DNA of 62,335 nt, the filler included. It is 5 parts of 5 records of this genome, joined end to end, with 100 filler letters (N's around TTAATTAATTAA, not from the genome) between each part and the next. Parts side by side here need not be neighbours in the genome. Positions count along the whole stretch, not along the records: positions 14,883 to 32,287 come from SRR20825006_1432; 4 more parts are not named here. One strand, given 5' to 3'. The notes beneath the pieces were generated by a model. That model saw only the letters and a list, made by a program, of their open reading frames with translations. It was not told the origin of the DNA and made no database searches. Position numbers and translations under genes: made by a program. Shown one piece after another: positions 19,736 through 29,842 of this stretch (its first letter is position 1; every line of letters starts with the position of its first letter).

Positions 19736-21160
19736 TTACCCCGGCAGGAACAGGGATTTGGTTTCCAGGAACTCTTCAAAGCCAAAGCGGCCCCATTCCC
19801 GGCCAATCCCGGATTGTTTGTAGCCTCCAAAAGCCGCCTGTACATCCGGGCCGGCCCCATTGATATGGACGTTGCCGGTACGCAGGCGTGCGGCCACCTG
19901 GCGGGCCTGGGCATCATCCCCGAAGACATAGCCGGACAGCCCGTACTCGGAGTCGTTGGCAATGGCGACGGCATTGTCCACGGTGTCGTAGGGGATCATC
20001 ACCAGTACCGGGCCGAAGATTTCTTCCCGGGCTATGGTCATCTGGTTGTTCACCTCACTGAATACCGTGGGGCGAGCGAAATAACCCTTGGTGATGCCAT
20101 CGGGCTTGCCGGGACCACCGGCAACCAGTTTAGCGCCTTCTTCCTGTCCTTTCTCAATCATGGCCTGTACCCGTTGGTACTGACGCCCGTTAGCGATAGG
20201 GCCCATGACGGTAGCGTTATCAGTGGGGTCTCCGACGACTACGCTGTCGCAAACCTGGGCAGCGATCTGTTCGGCTTCAGCCAGTTGATCCGCCGGCACT
20301 AGCATCCGTGACGGCGCATTACAGCTTTGCCCGGTGTTGGTCATCATGGAGCGCACTCCGTGGGTAACAGCCTGCTCCAGATCGCAGCCCGGCAGCAGGA
20401 TATTGGCAGATTTGCCGCCCAGCTCCAGCGACACGCGTTTAATCGTGCTCGCTGCTTCCCGGCTTACGGATTCCCCGGCGCGGGTGGAGCCGGTGAGGGA
20501 GACCACATCAATTCGAGGGTCGCTGGACAGCAACGGACCCACCGCGGCGCCATCGCCGTACACCATATTGAAGACCCCGGCGGGTACGCCGGCTTCATCA
20601 ATGATGCGGGTCAGCAGGTTAGCGGAGAGCGGGGCGAATTCACTCGGCTTGAGCACCATGGTACAACCGGCAGCCATGGCCGGGGCGACTTTGCACATGA
20701 CCTGGTTCATGGGCCAGTTCCAGGGCGTGATCAGGGCGCAGACACCGGCCGCTTCACGGCGGATCAGTGACTGCCCTGCGGTTTCTTCAAACGGAAATTC
20801 CCGGGCGATGCCCAGAGCGGTTTTTAAATGGGCCAGACCCATGGGGGCCTGCACCTTGCTGGCCAGGGAGATGGGGGCCCCCATTTCCTGGCTGATGGCC
20901 TCGGCCATTTCCGGTAGATGGGCCTGGTAGGCTTCGAGCATTTTTTCCATATAGCCCAGTCGCTCTTCCAGTGTCAGAGCGGACCAGGTGGGGAAGGCCT
21001 GGTGGGCGGCGTCGATTGCCGCATCAATGTCGGCAGCCTGTGCCAGCGGCAAGGTGGCAATCTGTTCTTCATTGGCGGGGTTGATAACGGCGTGGGTGGT
21101 GGCTCCCGGCGCGGGAGAAACCCAGCTGCCGTTGATGTAGAACTGCTGCAGCGTATCCAT
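19736..21160 (-). CDS. aldehyde dehydrogenase family protein
   Basis: ITPWNWP, LKPSE, TGS, LELGGKS, GQSCNAP, EEIFGPV, FGGYKQSG. Confidence 0.95.
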   Translation of the reverse strand: MDTLQQFYINGSWVSPAPGATTHAVINPANEEQIATLPLAQAADIDAAIDAAHQAFPTWSALTLEERLGYMEKMLEAYQAHLPEMAEAISQEMGAPISLASKVQAPMGLAHLKTALGIAREFPFEETAGQSLIRREAAGVCALITPWNWPMNQVMCKVAPAMAAGCTMVLKPSEFAPLSANLLTRIIDEAGVPAGVFNMVYGDGAAVGPLLSSDPRIDVVSLTGSTRAGESVSREAASTIKRVSLELGGKSANILLPGCDLEQAVTHGVRSMMTNTGQSCNAPSRMLVPADQLAEAEQIAAQVCDSVVVGDPTDNATVMGPIANGRQYQRVQAMIEKGQEEGAKLVAGGPGKPDGITKGYFARPTVFSEVNNQMTIAREEIFGPVLVMIPYDTVDNAVAIANDSEYGLSGYVFGDDAQARQVAARLRTGNVHINGAGPDVQAAFGGYKQSGIGREWGRFGFEEFLETKSLFLPG

Positions 21161-21216
21161 GGAATCGTCCTTTTATCGGTCTTCCATTGTGTGTGGTGGG
21201 TCAACATTACAATAAT

Positions 21217-21240
21217 GAAACGTAATTTTAAAATATTGAC
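21217..21240. promoter_or_regulatory. candidate operator shared with acyl-CoA ligase promoter
   Basis: GAAACGTAATTTTAAAATATTGAC resembles 29661-29687. Confidence 0.45.
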
Positions 21241-21420
21241 CGCTATGGCTGAAGCGTGACATGGTGAATGTTCCTGCCGTGCCCGCGCCCCCCCCATTGT
21301 GCTTGAGAGGGGGACGTCGAGCCATGGCCGGTTTGAGCCGCGGGCAAGCGGTGTCTTAGGCAGGCGAAACGCTTTTTGTTATATTTGCGAGCCTAATACA
21401 TAACTATAAATGGAATCGAT

Positions 21421-21437
21421 GTCCGGTTAGCCGGAAC
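21421..21437. promoter_or_regulatory. palindrome upstream of IclR gene (possible autoregulatory site)
   Basis: TCCGG-TTAG-CCGGA. Confidence 0.35.
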
Positions 21438-21481
21438 AACCGGTTTCAGCCAACCCGAAGCCTGATACAGGAACGAGAAGA

Positions 21482-22282
21482 ATGCGTAGAGCTGTTGCCG
21501 ACCTCGGCGCCAATGATAAAGACCGTAATTTCGTCACGGCCCTCGCAAGGGGGCTGGATATTCTTCGTTGCTTTGGGCCTTCTGATGAATACCTGGGCAA
21601 TGCGGAGCTGGCCAAGCGCACCAGCATTCCCCGCCCCACTGTATCGCGGATGACTGCGACCCTGACGCAGCTGGGCTACCTGCGTTATGTACCGCAGCTG
21701 GAGAAATACCGGCTGGGGCCGGGCGTGCTGGATTTGGGTTACCGCTATCTGGCCAGTGAGGGGGTGCGGGATCTGGCACGACCTTACATGCAGGAGCTGG
21801 CGGATTCGACCGATTGCATGGTCGCCATTGGCGCGCCGGATGGCGCTCAGGTGACGTATATCCAGGTTTGTCAGGGCAATGGCCCACTGGTGCTGCGGCT
21901 GGATATCGGTTCGCGGGTGCCCATGGCCACCTCGGCATTGGGCCGGGCGTTCCTGGCGGCCACGCCGGAAGTTGAGCGGGAAATGTACTACGAGCAAATT
22001 CGTCAGCAGGACCCGGCGGCCTGGCCGGCCTTGGAGCGCAGCCTGCAGAGTGCCTATGAGGAATATGAGCAATACGGCTTCTGTACGTCTGACGGAGAAT
22101 GGAACCGCGATGTGAGTGGCGTGGCGGTGCCGTTGATTCTGGATGGTGGCGCTCAGGTAGTGCCATTCAACTGCGGCGGTTCATCGTTGCGGTTGAGTCG
22201 CAGAACGCTGTTGGAAAATCTTGGCCCACGCCTGAAAGACGTGGTCGGGCAGGTTGCACAAATGGTACAGGGCCGCGCCTGA
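21482..22282 (+). CDS. IclR family transcriptional regulator
   Basis: FVTALARGLDIL, HTH with TVSR, GSRVP..TSALGRA, SGVAVP. Confidence 0.93.
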   Translation: MRRAVADLGANDKDRNFVTALARGLDILRCFGPSDEYLGNAELAKRTSIPRPTVSRMTATLTQLGYLRYVPQLEKYRLGPGVLDLGYRYLASEGVRDLARPYMQELADSTDCMVAIGAPDGAQVTYIQVCQGNGPLVLRLDIGSRVPMATSALGRAFLAATPEVEREMYYEQIRQQDPAAWPALERSLQSAYEEYEQYGFCTSDGEWNRDVSGVAVPLILDGGAQVVPFNCGGSSLRLSRRTLLENLGPRLKDVVGQVAQMVQGRA

Positions 22283-22297
22283 ACCGCCACAGGTAAA

Positions 22298-22750
22298 ATG
22301 AACAATGAGTGCGAGAGTATGAGTGCAGTTCCGCCCTCCAAGGGGTTTTCCCTGGCTGATGCCAATACCCGTTTCGATATAGGTTTTCCCGCTCTGGTGG
22401 GGTTTCATTTTCTGGAATGGGAAGAAGGCAGGGCGGTGTTGGGTTTGCAGATTGAGGCCCCGCATTTGAACCTGGGCGGGGTCATTCATGGTGGGGTGCT
22501 GGCGACCCTGATGGATGTGGCCGGGGCCTGTGCCGGGACCTGGAGCCCGGACCCTGCGCACATTCGCAAGGCCGTCACCCTGTCCATGACCACCACGTTC
22601 ACCGGACAGGCCAGTGAAGGATTGATCCGTGCGGTGGGTACCCGCCGTGCCGGTGGCACCCGGATCTACAACAGCACCATGGAAGTGTTCGATGAAAAGG
22701 ACACGCTGCTGGCACTCGGTGAGGCAACCTTCCGTTTACGCAGTGAGTAA
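22298..22750 (+). CDS. PaaI family hotdog thioesterase
   Basis: HLNLGGVIHGGVLATLMD; start may be ATG 22319. Confidence 0.9.
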   Translation: MNNECESMSAVPPSKGFSLADANTRFDIGFPALVGFHFLEWEEGRAVLGLQIEAPHLNLGGVIHGGVLATLMDVAGACAGTWSPDPAHIRKAVTLSMTTTFTGQASEGLIRAVGTRRAGGTRIYNSTMEVFDEKDTLLALGEATFRLRSE

Positions 22751-22809
22751 TTCCCTTCCGCGTTATCTCTTGCCGTTTGCTGCCTTGAGAGGCCTCTGCC
22801 CCTTTTTTG

Positions 22810-22846
22810 GTAGGTCGGATTAGCCGCGTAGCGGCGTAATCCGACA
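22810..22846. repeat. GTAG-type REP element
   Basis: GTAGGTCGGATTAGCCGC-GTA-GCGGCGTAATCCGACA: GTAG tetranucleotide followed by an imperfect palindrome. Confidence 0.75.
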
Positions 22847-22870
22847 TCTGTCTGCATTTTTCAAAACACG

Positions 22871-24295
22871 CTAACGGCTAGCCACGTGGGTGGGCTGTTG
22901 TGCATCCCAGCCACCACCCAGCGCCCGATACAGCTCGGTTTCATTGGTCAGCTGCTGCAGCTTCAGCGTCACCAGCTGCTGGCGGGCGGACAGCAGGGTG
23001 CGCTGGGCATCCAGCACGGCCAGGTAGTTATCTGCGCCTTGCTCATAGCGTTGCTGCGAGAGCGCGAGGGACTGCTCGGTGGCGGTGACCAGCGCTTGCT
23101 GGGCCTGTTGCTGGCGGGCCAGAGTGTCGCGGGCCTGTAGCGCGTTGGCGACTTCCTGAAAGGCGGTTTGAATCGCTTTCTCATAGGTCGCTACCGCCTG
23201 GTCCTGGCGCACTTCAGCCAGATCCAGATTGGCCTTGTTGCGGCCGCCGGAGAAAATCGGCAGGGAGATGCTGGGGCTGAAGGACCAGGCCTTGGAGCCG
23301 CTGTCGAACAGGCCGGACAGCTCGCTGCTCATGGTGCCATAGGCGCCGGTGAGCTGGATGCTGGGGAAGAAGGCGGCTCGCGCGGCACCGATGCTGGCAT
23401 TGGCGGCACGTAGCTGATGTTCCGCCTGCTGCACGTCCGGCCGCTGGGTCAAGAGGCTGGACGATAGTCCTTCCGGTACCGGTGCCACCAGTGAGAGGGT
23501 GTCGCTGTTCAGGTTCACCGATTCCAGTGCGGGCAGGGGCCCGCCTACCAATACCGCCAGGGCGTTGTAATCCTGGTTGACCTGGCGTTCAAAGCTGGCC
23601 TGGTTGGCGCGGGCACCTTGTAGGGCAATCTGTGCCTGACGTACATCCAGTTCTGTGCCCAGCCCGCCTTCGAAGCGCCGCTGGATCAGCGCCAGCGAAT
23701 CCGCTTGCGCGGCTACCGTTTCACGGCTGATCGCCAGATTCTGACGGTCGCTGACCAGGGTCAGGTAGCTTTGCGCCACCTGGGCTACCAGTGCCAGCTG
23801 GGTGCTGCGCCGGGCTTCTTCGCTAGCCAGGTAAGTCTCCAGAGACGCATCCTTGAGGCTGCGTACGCGTCCGAACAAATCCAGTTCCCAGGCGGTGACG
23901 CCAACCTGAACACCGTATTGATCAGAAAGGGTTGAGCTACCGGTGTATGACAGGTCGCCAGGCAGGCGCTGGCGAGTGCCGCTGCCATCCACGGACAGGT
24001 TCGGGTACAGGTCGGCGCGCTGGATTTGGTACTGGGCGCGCAGGGCGGCCACATCCAGAACGGCCAGGCGCAAATCCCGGTTGTTATCCAGCGCGCTCTG
24101 GATGAGTTGTTGCAGCTCCGCGCTCTGATACAGGGTAGACCAGCCGGGTAGGGTGAGCTCGCTGGCGCCGTCAACGGCTGTTGCGCCCACTTGGGCCGGT
24201 ACCGGTGATGCGGGTTGTTCGTAGCTGGGGGCCAGGGTGCAGCCACCCAGCATCAGCCCGCCCAGAAGGGCGAGCGTCAGTGGGTTACGAGTCAT
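22871..24295 (-). CDS. oprM: RND efflux outer-membrane lipoprotein (OprM/NodT)
   Basis: Lipobox LGGC; ALDNNRDLR, WELDLFGRVRS, RPDVQQAE, ARAAFFP, LYRALGGGW. Confidence 0.93.
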   Translation of the reverse strand: MTRNPLTLALLGGLMLGGCTLAPSYEQPASPVPAQVGATAVDGASELTLPGWSTLYQSAELQQLIQSALDNNRDLRLAVLDVAALRAQYQIQRADLYPNLSVDGSGTRQRLPGDLSYTGSSTLSDQYGVQVGVTAWELDLFGRVRSLKDASLETYLASEEARRSTQLALVAQVAQSYLTLVSDRQNLAISRETVAAQADSLALIQRRFEGGLGTELDVRQAQIALQGARANQASFERQVNQDYNALAVLVGGPLPALESVNLNSDTLSLVAPVPEGLSSSLLTQRPDVQQAEHQLRAANASIGAARAAFFPSIQLTGAYGTMSSELSGLFDSGSKAWSFSPSISLPIFSGGRNKANLDLAEVRQDQAVATYEKAIQTAFQEVANALQARDTLARQQQAQQALVTATEQSLALSQQRYEQGADNYLAVLDAQRTLLSARQQLVTLKLQQLTNETELYRALGGGWDAQQPTHVASR

Positions 24296-24315
24296 GAGGG
24301 TTACTCCGCTTGGAC

Positions 24316-27300
24316 TTACTCTTTGCCTTTCTTCTTGCCGTCCAACGGCACGCCGGACAGCTTGCGCACCGCAACGTAGAACAGCGGGATGAAGAAGATG
24401 GCGAGGACGGTGGCGGTGAGCATGCCGCCGAATACCCCGGTGCCGATGGCGTTACGTGCCCCGGCGCCAGCGCCGGTGCTGATCATCAGCGGGGTTACCC
24501 CGAGCATGAAGGCCAGTGATGTCATCAGAATTGGGCGTAGCCGCATGCGCACGGCTTCCAGTGTGGCCTTGAGCAGGTGTTCGCCTTTTTGCTCCAGCTC
24601 CAACGCAAATTCTGCAATCAGAATGGCGTTTTTCGCCGAGAGCCCGATGGTGGTCAGCAGCCCCACCTGGAAGAAAACGTCATTGTTCAGGTCACGGAAG
24701 GTGGCGGCCAGTACCGCACCAATCACACCCAGTGGCACCACCAGCATCACTGCGAACGGAATGGACCAGCTTTCATAAAGCGCGGCCAGACACAGGAATA
24801 CCACGATCAGCGAGATCACATACAGGGCCGGTGCCTGGTCGCCGGACTGTCGCTCCTGATAGGACAGGCCGGTCCACTCAAAGCCAAAGCCTGCGGGCAG
24901 CTTGGCAGACAGTTCTTCCATGGCATCCATGGCGTCACCAGTACTGTAGCCGGGTGCCGCGTTACCCTGGATGTTTACTGAGGATACGCCGTTGTAGCGT
25001 TCCAGCTTGGGTGAACCATAGGTCCAGTGGCCGGTGGCGAAGGTCGAGAACGGTACCATTTCGCCCTGGTTATTACGCACAAACCAGTCGTTGATGTTTT
25101 CCGGCAGCATCCGGTAGGGCGCGTCTGCCTGTACATACACCCGCTTAACCCGACCGCGGTCTACGAAGTTGTTCACGTAGCTGGAGCCCCAGGCAATTTG
25201 CAGGGTGTTGTTGATGTCGCTGATGGACAGACCCAGCGCCTTGGCTTTTTGCTGGTCGATGTCGATCTGGTACTGCGGGCTGTCTTCCAGACCATTCGGG
25301 CGTACCCCGGCCAGGCGCGGGTCCTGTGCGGCCATGCCGAGCATCTGGTTACGGGCCTGGATTAGCGCTTCGTGGCCCTGCCCAGACTGGTCCAGCAGCT
25401 GGAAATCGAAACCGCTGGCATTGCCCAGCTCAGGAATCGATGGCGGGTTGAGGGCGAACATCATGGCTTCACGAATGGTCGAGAAATACCCCATGGCACG
25501 GCCTACCACGTTATCCGCGCCGTCCACGGACAGGTCGCGTTCTGACCAGTCCTTCAGATTCACGAACGCCATGCCGGCGTTCTGGCCCTGACCGGTGAAG
25601 CTGAAGCCGGCCACAGTGAACAGACCATCCACGGCAGCTGATTCTTCGTTGAGGTAGTAGTTCTCCATCTTTTTCAGTACATCGACGGTTTGCTCCTGAG
25701 TGGAGCCGGCCGGCAGCGTCACCAGGGTGAACAGAATTCCCTGGTCTTCTTCCGGCAGGAAGCTGGACGGCAACCGCATGAAGCTGAAGCCGAGCACACC
25801 GACGATGACCACGTAAATGAACAGGTAACGACCACGGCGTCCGAGAATTTTCTCAATGCTGCCCTGATAGCGTCGGCTGCTTTTGTCGAAGGTACGGTTG
25901 AACCAGCCGAAGAAGCCGTGATCGGTCTGGTGTTCGCTGTCTTTGGCCTTGAGCATGGTGGCACACAAAGCCGGTGTCAGGATCAGGGCTACCAGAACGG
26001 ACAGCACCATGGCAGACACAATGGTGATGGAGAACTGACGGTAAATGGCACCGGTGGAACCGGGGAAGAAGGCCATGGGAACGAAGACGGCCGAGAGCAC
26101 CAGGGCGATACCCACCAGGGCCCCAGTAATCTGGCCCATGGATTTACGGGTGGCTTCCTTGGGAGGCAGGCCTTCCTCGTGCATCACCCGTTCCACGTTC
26201 TCCACCACCACGATGGCGTCATCCACCAGCAGACCGATGGCCAGCACCATGCCGAACATGGTCAGGGTGTTGATGGAGAAACCAAAGGCGGCCAATACGG
26301 CAAAGGTGCCGAGCAGTACCACGGGCACGGCCAGGGTCGGAATCAGGGTGGCGCGGAAGTTCTGCAGGAACAGGTACATCACCAGGAAAACCAGGATGAT
26401 GGCCTCGAATAGAGTGTGCACCACTTCTTCGATGGAGATGCTGACGAAAGGTGTGGTGTCGTAGGGGAACACCATTTCCATCTTGTCAGGGAAGTAGGGT
26501 TCCAGCTCTGCCAGCCGCGCGCGCAGCGCTTCGGCAGTGTCCAGGGCGTTGGCGCCGGTGGCCAGGTTGATGGCCAGGCCAGCCGCGGGCTGACCGTTAT
26601 AGCGGCCCTGTACATCGTAGTTCTGGGCGGCCAATTCGACCCGGGCCACGTCTTCCAGAAACACCTGAGAACCATCCGGGTTCACTTTCAGGAGAATGCG
26701 CTTGAACTGGTCTACGTCTTCCAGGCGGGTCTGGGCGATGATGGTGGCGTTCAGTTGCTGACCTTCCACTGCAGGCGCGCCGCCCAGTTGGCCACTGGCC
26801 ACCTGATTGTTCTGGACCTGAATGGTCTGGGTGATGTCCTGGGGGGTCAGATCAAACTTGTTCAGTTTGTTCGGGTCCAGCCAGATGCGCATGGCGTAGG
26901 GCGAACCGAATAGCTGGATCTGGCCCACGCCGGGCACCCGGCTTACCGGGTCCTGAACATTGGAGGCTACATAGTCGGCCAGGTCGGCCCGTGACAGGCT
27001 GCCATCCTCGGAGGTGAAGCCGACTACCATGAGGAAGGAGTCAGAGGACTTGGTGACCTGCATGCCTTGTTGCTGCACTTCCTGGGGCAGCAGTGGCGTT
27101 GCCAGCTGCAGTTTGTTCTGCACTTGAACCTGGGCAATGTCCGGGTCAGTGCCGGGGGCGAACGTCAGGTTCACCGCGGCATTACCGAAAGAGTCACTGC
27201 TGGAGCTCATGTACAGCAGATTATCGATCCCGTTCATTTGCTGCTCGATCACCTGGGTGACCGAGTCTTCCACGGTTTTCGCCGAGGCCCCCGGGTAGTT

Positions 27301-27441
27301 ACCGGCGATGGAGACCTGCGGCGGCGCAACGGTGGGGTACTGCTCGATGGGCAGGGTGTAAATGGCCAGGGCACCGGCCATCATCATGATGATGGCGATA
27401 ACCCAGGCGAAAATCGGACGGTCAATAAAAAATCTGGCCAT
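24316..27441 (-). CDS. acrB: RND efflux permease (AcrB/MexB family)
   Basis: [49 protein letters not shown]. Confidence 0.96.
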   Translation of the reverse strand: MARFFIDRPIFAWVIAIIMMMAGALAIYTLPIEQYPTVAPPQVSIAGNYPGASAKTVEDSVTQVIEQQMNGIDNLLYMSSSSDSFGNAAVNLTFAPGTDPDIAQVQVQNKLQLATPLLPQEVQQQGMQVTKSSDSFLMVVGFTSEDGSLSRADLADYVASNVQDPVSRVPGVGQIQLFGSPYAMRIWLDPNKLNKFDLTPQDITQTIQVQNNQVASGQLGGAPAVEGQQLNATIIAQTRLEDVDQFKRILLKVNPDGSQVFLEDVARVELAAQNYDVQGRYNGQPAAGLAINLATGANALDTAEALRARLAELEPYFPDKMEMVFPYDTTPFVSISIEEVVHTLFEAIILVFLVMYLFLQNFRATLIPTLAVPVVLLGTFAVLAAFGFSINTLTMFGMVLAIGLLVDDAIVVVENVERVMHEEGLPPKEATRKSMGQITGALVGIALVLSAVFVPMAFFPGSTGAIYRQFSITIVSAMVLSVLVALILTPALCATMLKAKDSEHQTDHGFFGWFNRTFDKSSRRYQGSIEKILGRRGRYLFIYVVIVGVLGFSFMRLPSSFLPEEDQGILFTLVTLPAGSTQEQTVDVLKKMENYYLNEESAAVDGLFTVAGFSFTGQGQNAGMAFVNLKDWSERDLSVDGADNVVGRAMGYFSTIREAMMFALNPPSIPELGNASGFDFQLLDQSGQGHEALIQARNQMLGMAAQDPRLAGVRPNGLEDSPQYQIDIDQQKAKALGLSISDINNTLQIAWGSSYVNNFVDRGRVKRVYVQADAPYRMLPENINDWFVRNNQGEMVPFSTFATGHWTYGSPKLERYNGVSSVNIQGNAAPGYSTGDAMDAMEELSAKLPAGFGFEWTGLSYQERQSGDQAPALYVISLIVVFLCLAALYESWSIPFAVMLVVPLGVIGAVLAATFRDLNNDVFFQVGLLTTIGLSAKNAILIAEFALELEQKGEHLLKATLEAVRMRLRPILMTSLAFMLGVTPLMISTGAGAGARNAIGTGVFGGMLTATVLAIFFIPLFYVAVRKLSGVPLDGKKKGKE

Positions 27442-27468
27442 GGGAATCCCGTTTCTCTTCGTTGCGCG

Positions 27469-28683
27469 TTATTGCGCTGCGCTTTGTGCCTCGCCGGTGT
27501 TCTCGGCGGGGGACTGGGGCTGTTCTTGCTGGGCGGCGGCGTCGTCAGCTTTTTCGGTGTCCACGGGGGTCACCGGGGAGCCGGGCTGAATGCGCTGCAG
27601 GCCGTCGACAATCAGACGATCGCCGTCTTTCAGGCCGTCAGCGATCAACCATTGGCTTTTCACGGCACGCTCGGTGCTGACTTTCACCTTCTTGGCCTGG
27701 TCATTGCTGTCGATCAGCATGGCATAGGCCTGGCCTGTCGGATCGCGGGTGATGCCTTTCTGGGGAACCAGAATGGCGTCCTCGCGTTGGCCCTCTGGCA
27801 GGCGACCGCGAACAAACATGCCGGGCAGCAGCTCACTTTCCGGGTTCGGGAACAGGGCGCGCAGGGTTACCGAGCCGGTGCTTTCGTCCACGGCGAACTC
27901 CGAGAACTGCAGCACACCGGGTTGCGGATAGGCGCTACCGTCTTCCAGAAGCAGGGTGATGCGGGCGGCATCGTCGCTGACTTGCTGGAGCTCACCGGCC
28001 TGCATGGCCTGGCGCAGCTGACGCAGCTCATTGCTGGACTGGGTCAGGTCCACGTAGATCGGATCCAGCTGACGAATGGTGGCCAGGGTATTGGCCTGGT
28101 TGGCGGTGACCAGGGCGCCGGCGGTGACGCTGGAGCGGCCGATACGGCCACTGATCGGCGCTTCGATGGTGGCGTAGTCCAGATTGATCTGGGCGCTTTG
28201 CAGGTTGGCGCGGGCGGCGGCGACGGCGGCCTTGTTTTCATCCAGCTGGGCCTGGGCTTCATCGTATTCCTGCTGGCTCACGGCTTTGTAATCGAGCAGT
28301 TTCTTGAAGCGCTTGGCGCGCAAGTCGTTGGACTTCAGTGTTGCCTGGGAGCGAGCCAGTTCGGCCCTGGCGGTGGCCACGGCCGCTTGATAGGTGCGCG
28401 AGTCAATCTTGTACAGCGGTTGCCCGGCTTCCACTTCCTGCCCTTCCTCGAACAGGCGCTTCTCTATCACGCCGCTGACCTGTGGCCGCACTTCGGCGAT
28501 CTGGTGAGCGGTGGTGCGCCCGGGCAATTCCCGATTCAGGGTAATGGTCTCGGCTTTTACCGTGACAAAACCGGCTTGTGGCGCTTGCTGTTGTTGTTGG
28601 CCTGGCTGGCCGGCATCGCCGCAGCCACTAAGCTGCAGGGCGAGTGCACCTGCTATCAGGGGGAGAATGAAACCGCTGCGCAT
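27469..28683 (-). CDS. acrA: RND efflux periplasmic adaptor (AcrA/MexA family)
   Basis: Lipobox LSGC; AEVRPQVSG, APISGRIG, VDESTGSVTLRA.FPNP, LLPGMFV; start ATG 28683. Confidence 0.95.
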   Translation of the reverse strand: MRSGFILPLIAGALALQLSGCGDAGQPGQQQQQAPQAGFVTVKAETITLNRELPGRTTAHQIAEVRPQVSGVIEKRLFEEGQEVEAGQPLYKIDSRTYQAAVATARAELARSQATLKSNDLRAKRFKKLLDYKAVSQQEYDEAQAQLDENKAAVAAARANLQSAQINLDYATIEAPISGRIGRSSVTAGALVTANQANTLATIRQLDPIYVDLTQSSNELRQLRQAMQAGELQQVSDDAARITLLLEDGSAYPQPGVLQFSEFAVDESTGSVTLRALFPNPESELLPGMFVRGRLPEGQREDAILVPQKGITRDPTGQAYAMLIDSNDQAKKVKVSTERAVKSQWLIADGLKDGDRLIVDGLQRIQPGSPVTPVDTEKADDAAAQQEQPQSPAENTGEAQSAAQ

Positions 28684-28780
28684 AATCACCTCAGTGCTTG
28701 GAAACACGCTATAGCACGCCACTAACCGGCCTTGTGCAGGCGGTCCGGTGGTGCTTGCATGAAAAATGAATCAGGTTCAG

Positions 28781-28804
28781 TATATACATTCGACAATGTA
28801 TGTA
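28781..28804. promoter_or_regulatory. AcrR-type operator
   Basis: TATATACATT-CGAC-AATGTATGTA, close to the E. coli AcrR operator, in the divergent acrA/tetR gap. Confidence 0.8.
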
Positions 28805-28859
28805 TAGGCCTGTGGGCCAACTTGCACAAAAAATTCTTGATTCCATTTGGGAGCCTCCT

Positions 28860-29510
28860 ATGGTCCGGCGCACCAAGGCAGAAGCGATGGAAACCCGTAC
28901 CCAGATTCTGGATGCGGCCGAGCAGGTATTCCACCGCAAAGGTGTGTTATCCGCTTCATTGAATGATATTGCCAGTGAGGCGGGTGTGACACGAGGGGCG
29001 ATTTACTGGCATTTCAAAAACAAACACGATGTTTTCGTCGCCATGGCGGACCGCCGACGCCTGCCATTCGAGGCCCTGGCCCAGCGGGCGGGGGCCGATG
29101 ATGAGGTGGATCCGCTCGGTCGCTTGCGTGAGTTTATGGTCTATCTGTTACAGCAAGCGGCACAGGATCCTTCCCAGCGTCGGGTTTTCGAGATTATTTT
29201 TCAGAAGTGCGAGTTCAGCGGTGACAACCTGGACCTGCTGCATCGTCAGCAGGATGCATGCAGGGATGCCTCTGACGGGTTGGAGACCACGTTCAAAAAT
29301 GCCATTGCCAGAGGGCAGTTGCCGGTCGGGTTAGACGTTAGTCGTGCGGTGACCTTGCTGCACAGCTTGCTCACCGGTTTGATCGTACACTGGCTGCTGG
29401 ATCCGTCGATGTTTGATCTGGCGGATTCGGCACCGGATTATGTCGATACCTTCCTGTTCAGCCTGCAGCATTCTCCCTTCCTGCTCGGCGGAGCTGAAGC
29501 CCCGGCCTGA
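28860..29510 (+). CDS. TetR family repressor (AcrR/TtgR-like)
   Basis: MVRRTKAEA.ETR, GVTRGAIYWHFKNK; divergent from pump operon. Confidence 0.93.
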   Translation: MVRRTKAEAMETRTQILDAAEQVFHRKGVLSASLNDIASEAGVTRGAIYWHFKNKHDVFVAMADRRRLPFEALAQRAGADDEVDPLGRLREFMVYLLQQAAQDPSQRRVFEIIFQKCEFSGDNLDLLHRQQDACRDASDGLETTFKNAIARGQLPVGLDVSRAVTLLHSLLTGLIVHWLLDPSMFDLADSAPDYVDTFLFSLQHSPFLLGGAEAPA

Positions 29511-29660
29511 CGGGGCGTGGCGCCACGGTTTCCCGCCAATAAAATACCTGTCCGAATTTCCGATAGCCGGTGTGTGCCTCGGGCATACCCGGTGGTATGT
29601 TCTTGGTCCTCCTCCCTGTCTTCCCGCTTTTCCCCTTTGTGATATTTGTTTTCAAAAAAC

Positions 29661-29687
29661 GAAACGTAGTTCCAAAATAGTATTGAC
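29661..29687. promoter_or_regulatory. candidate operator abutting a TTGAC -35 element
   Basis: GAAACGTAGTTCCAAAATAGTATTGAC resembles 21217-21240. Confidence 0.45.
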
Positions 29688-29842
29688 GCTCTCCGTAGGC
29701 CGTGTCAGATTGACCGGCGAGTCAACACTTTGTATTCACCGATAAGCAGGCTGCGCTAGCCGGATCTTGTCGGTTTTGCCCGCTTTTTCCGGGCATCAAC
29801 AATAAAAGCGGTCCTGTAGGGCTGCATTCGGGAGAGTAAGTC

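Noticed and set aside
27067-28725. 552-aa plus-strand ORF
   Set aside because: Antisense shadow of acrA/acrB in high-GC DNA; no motifs
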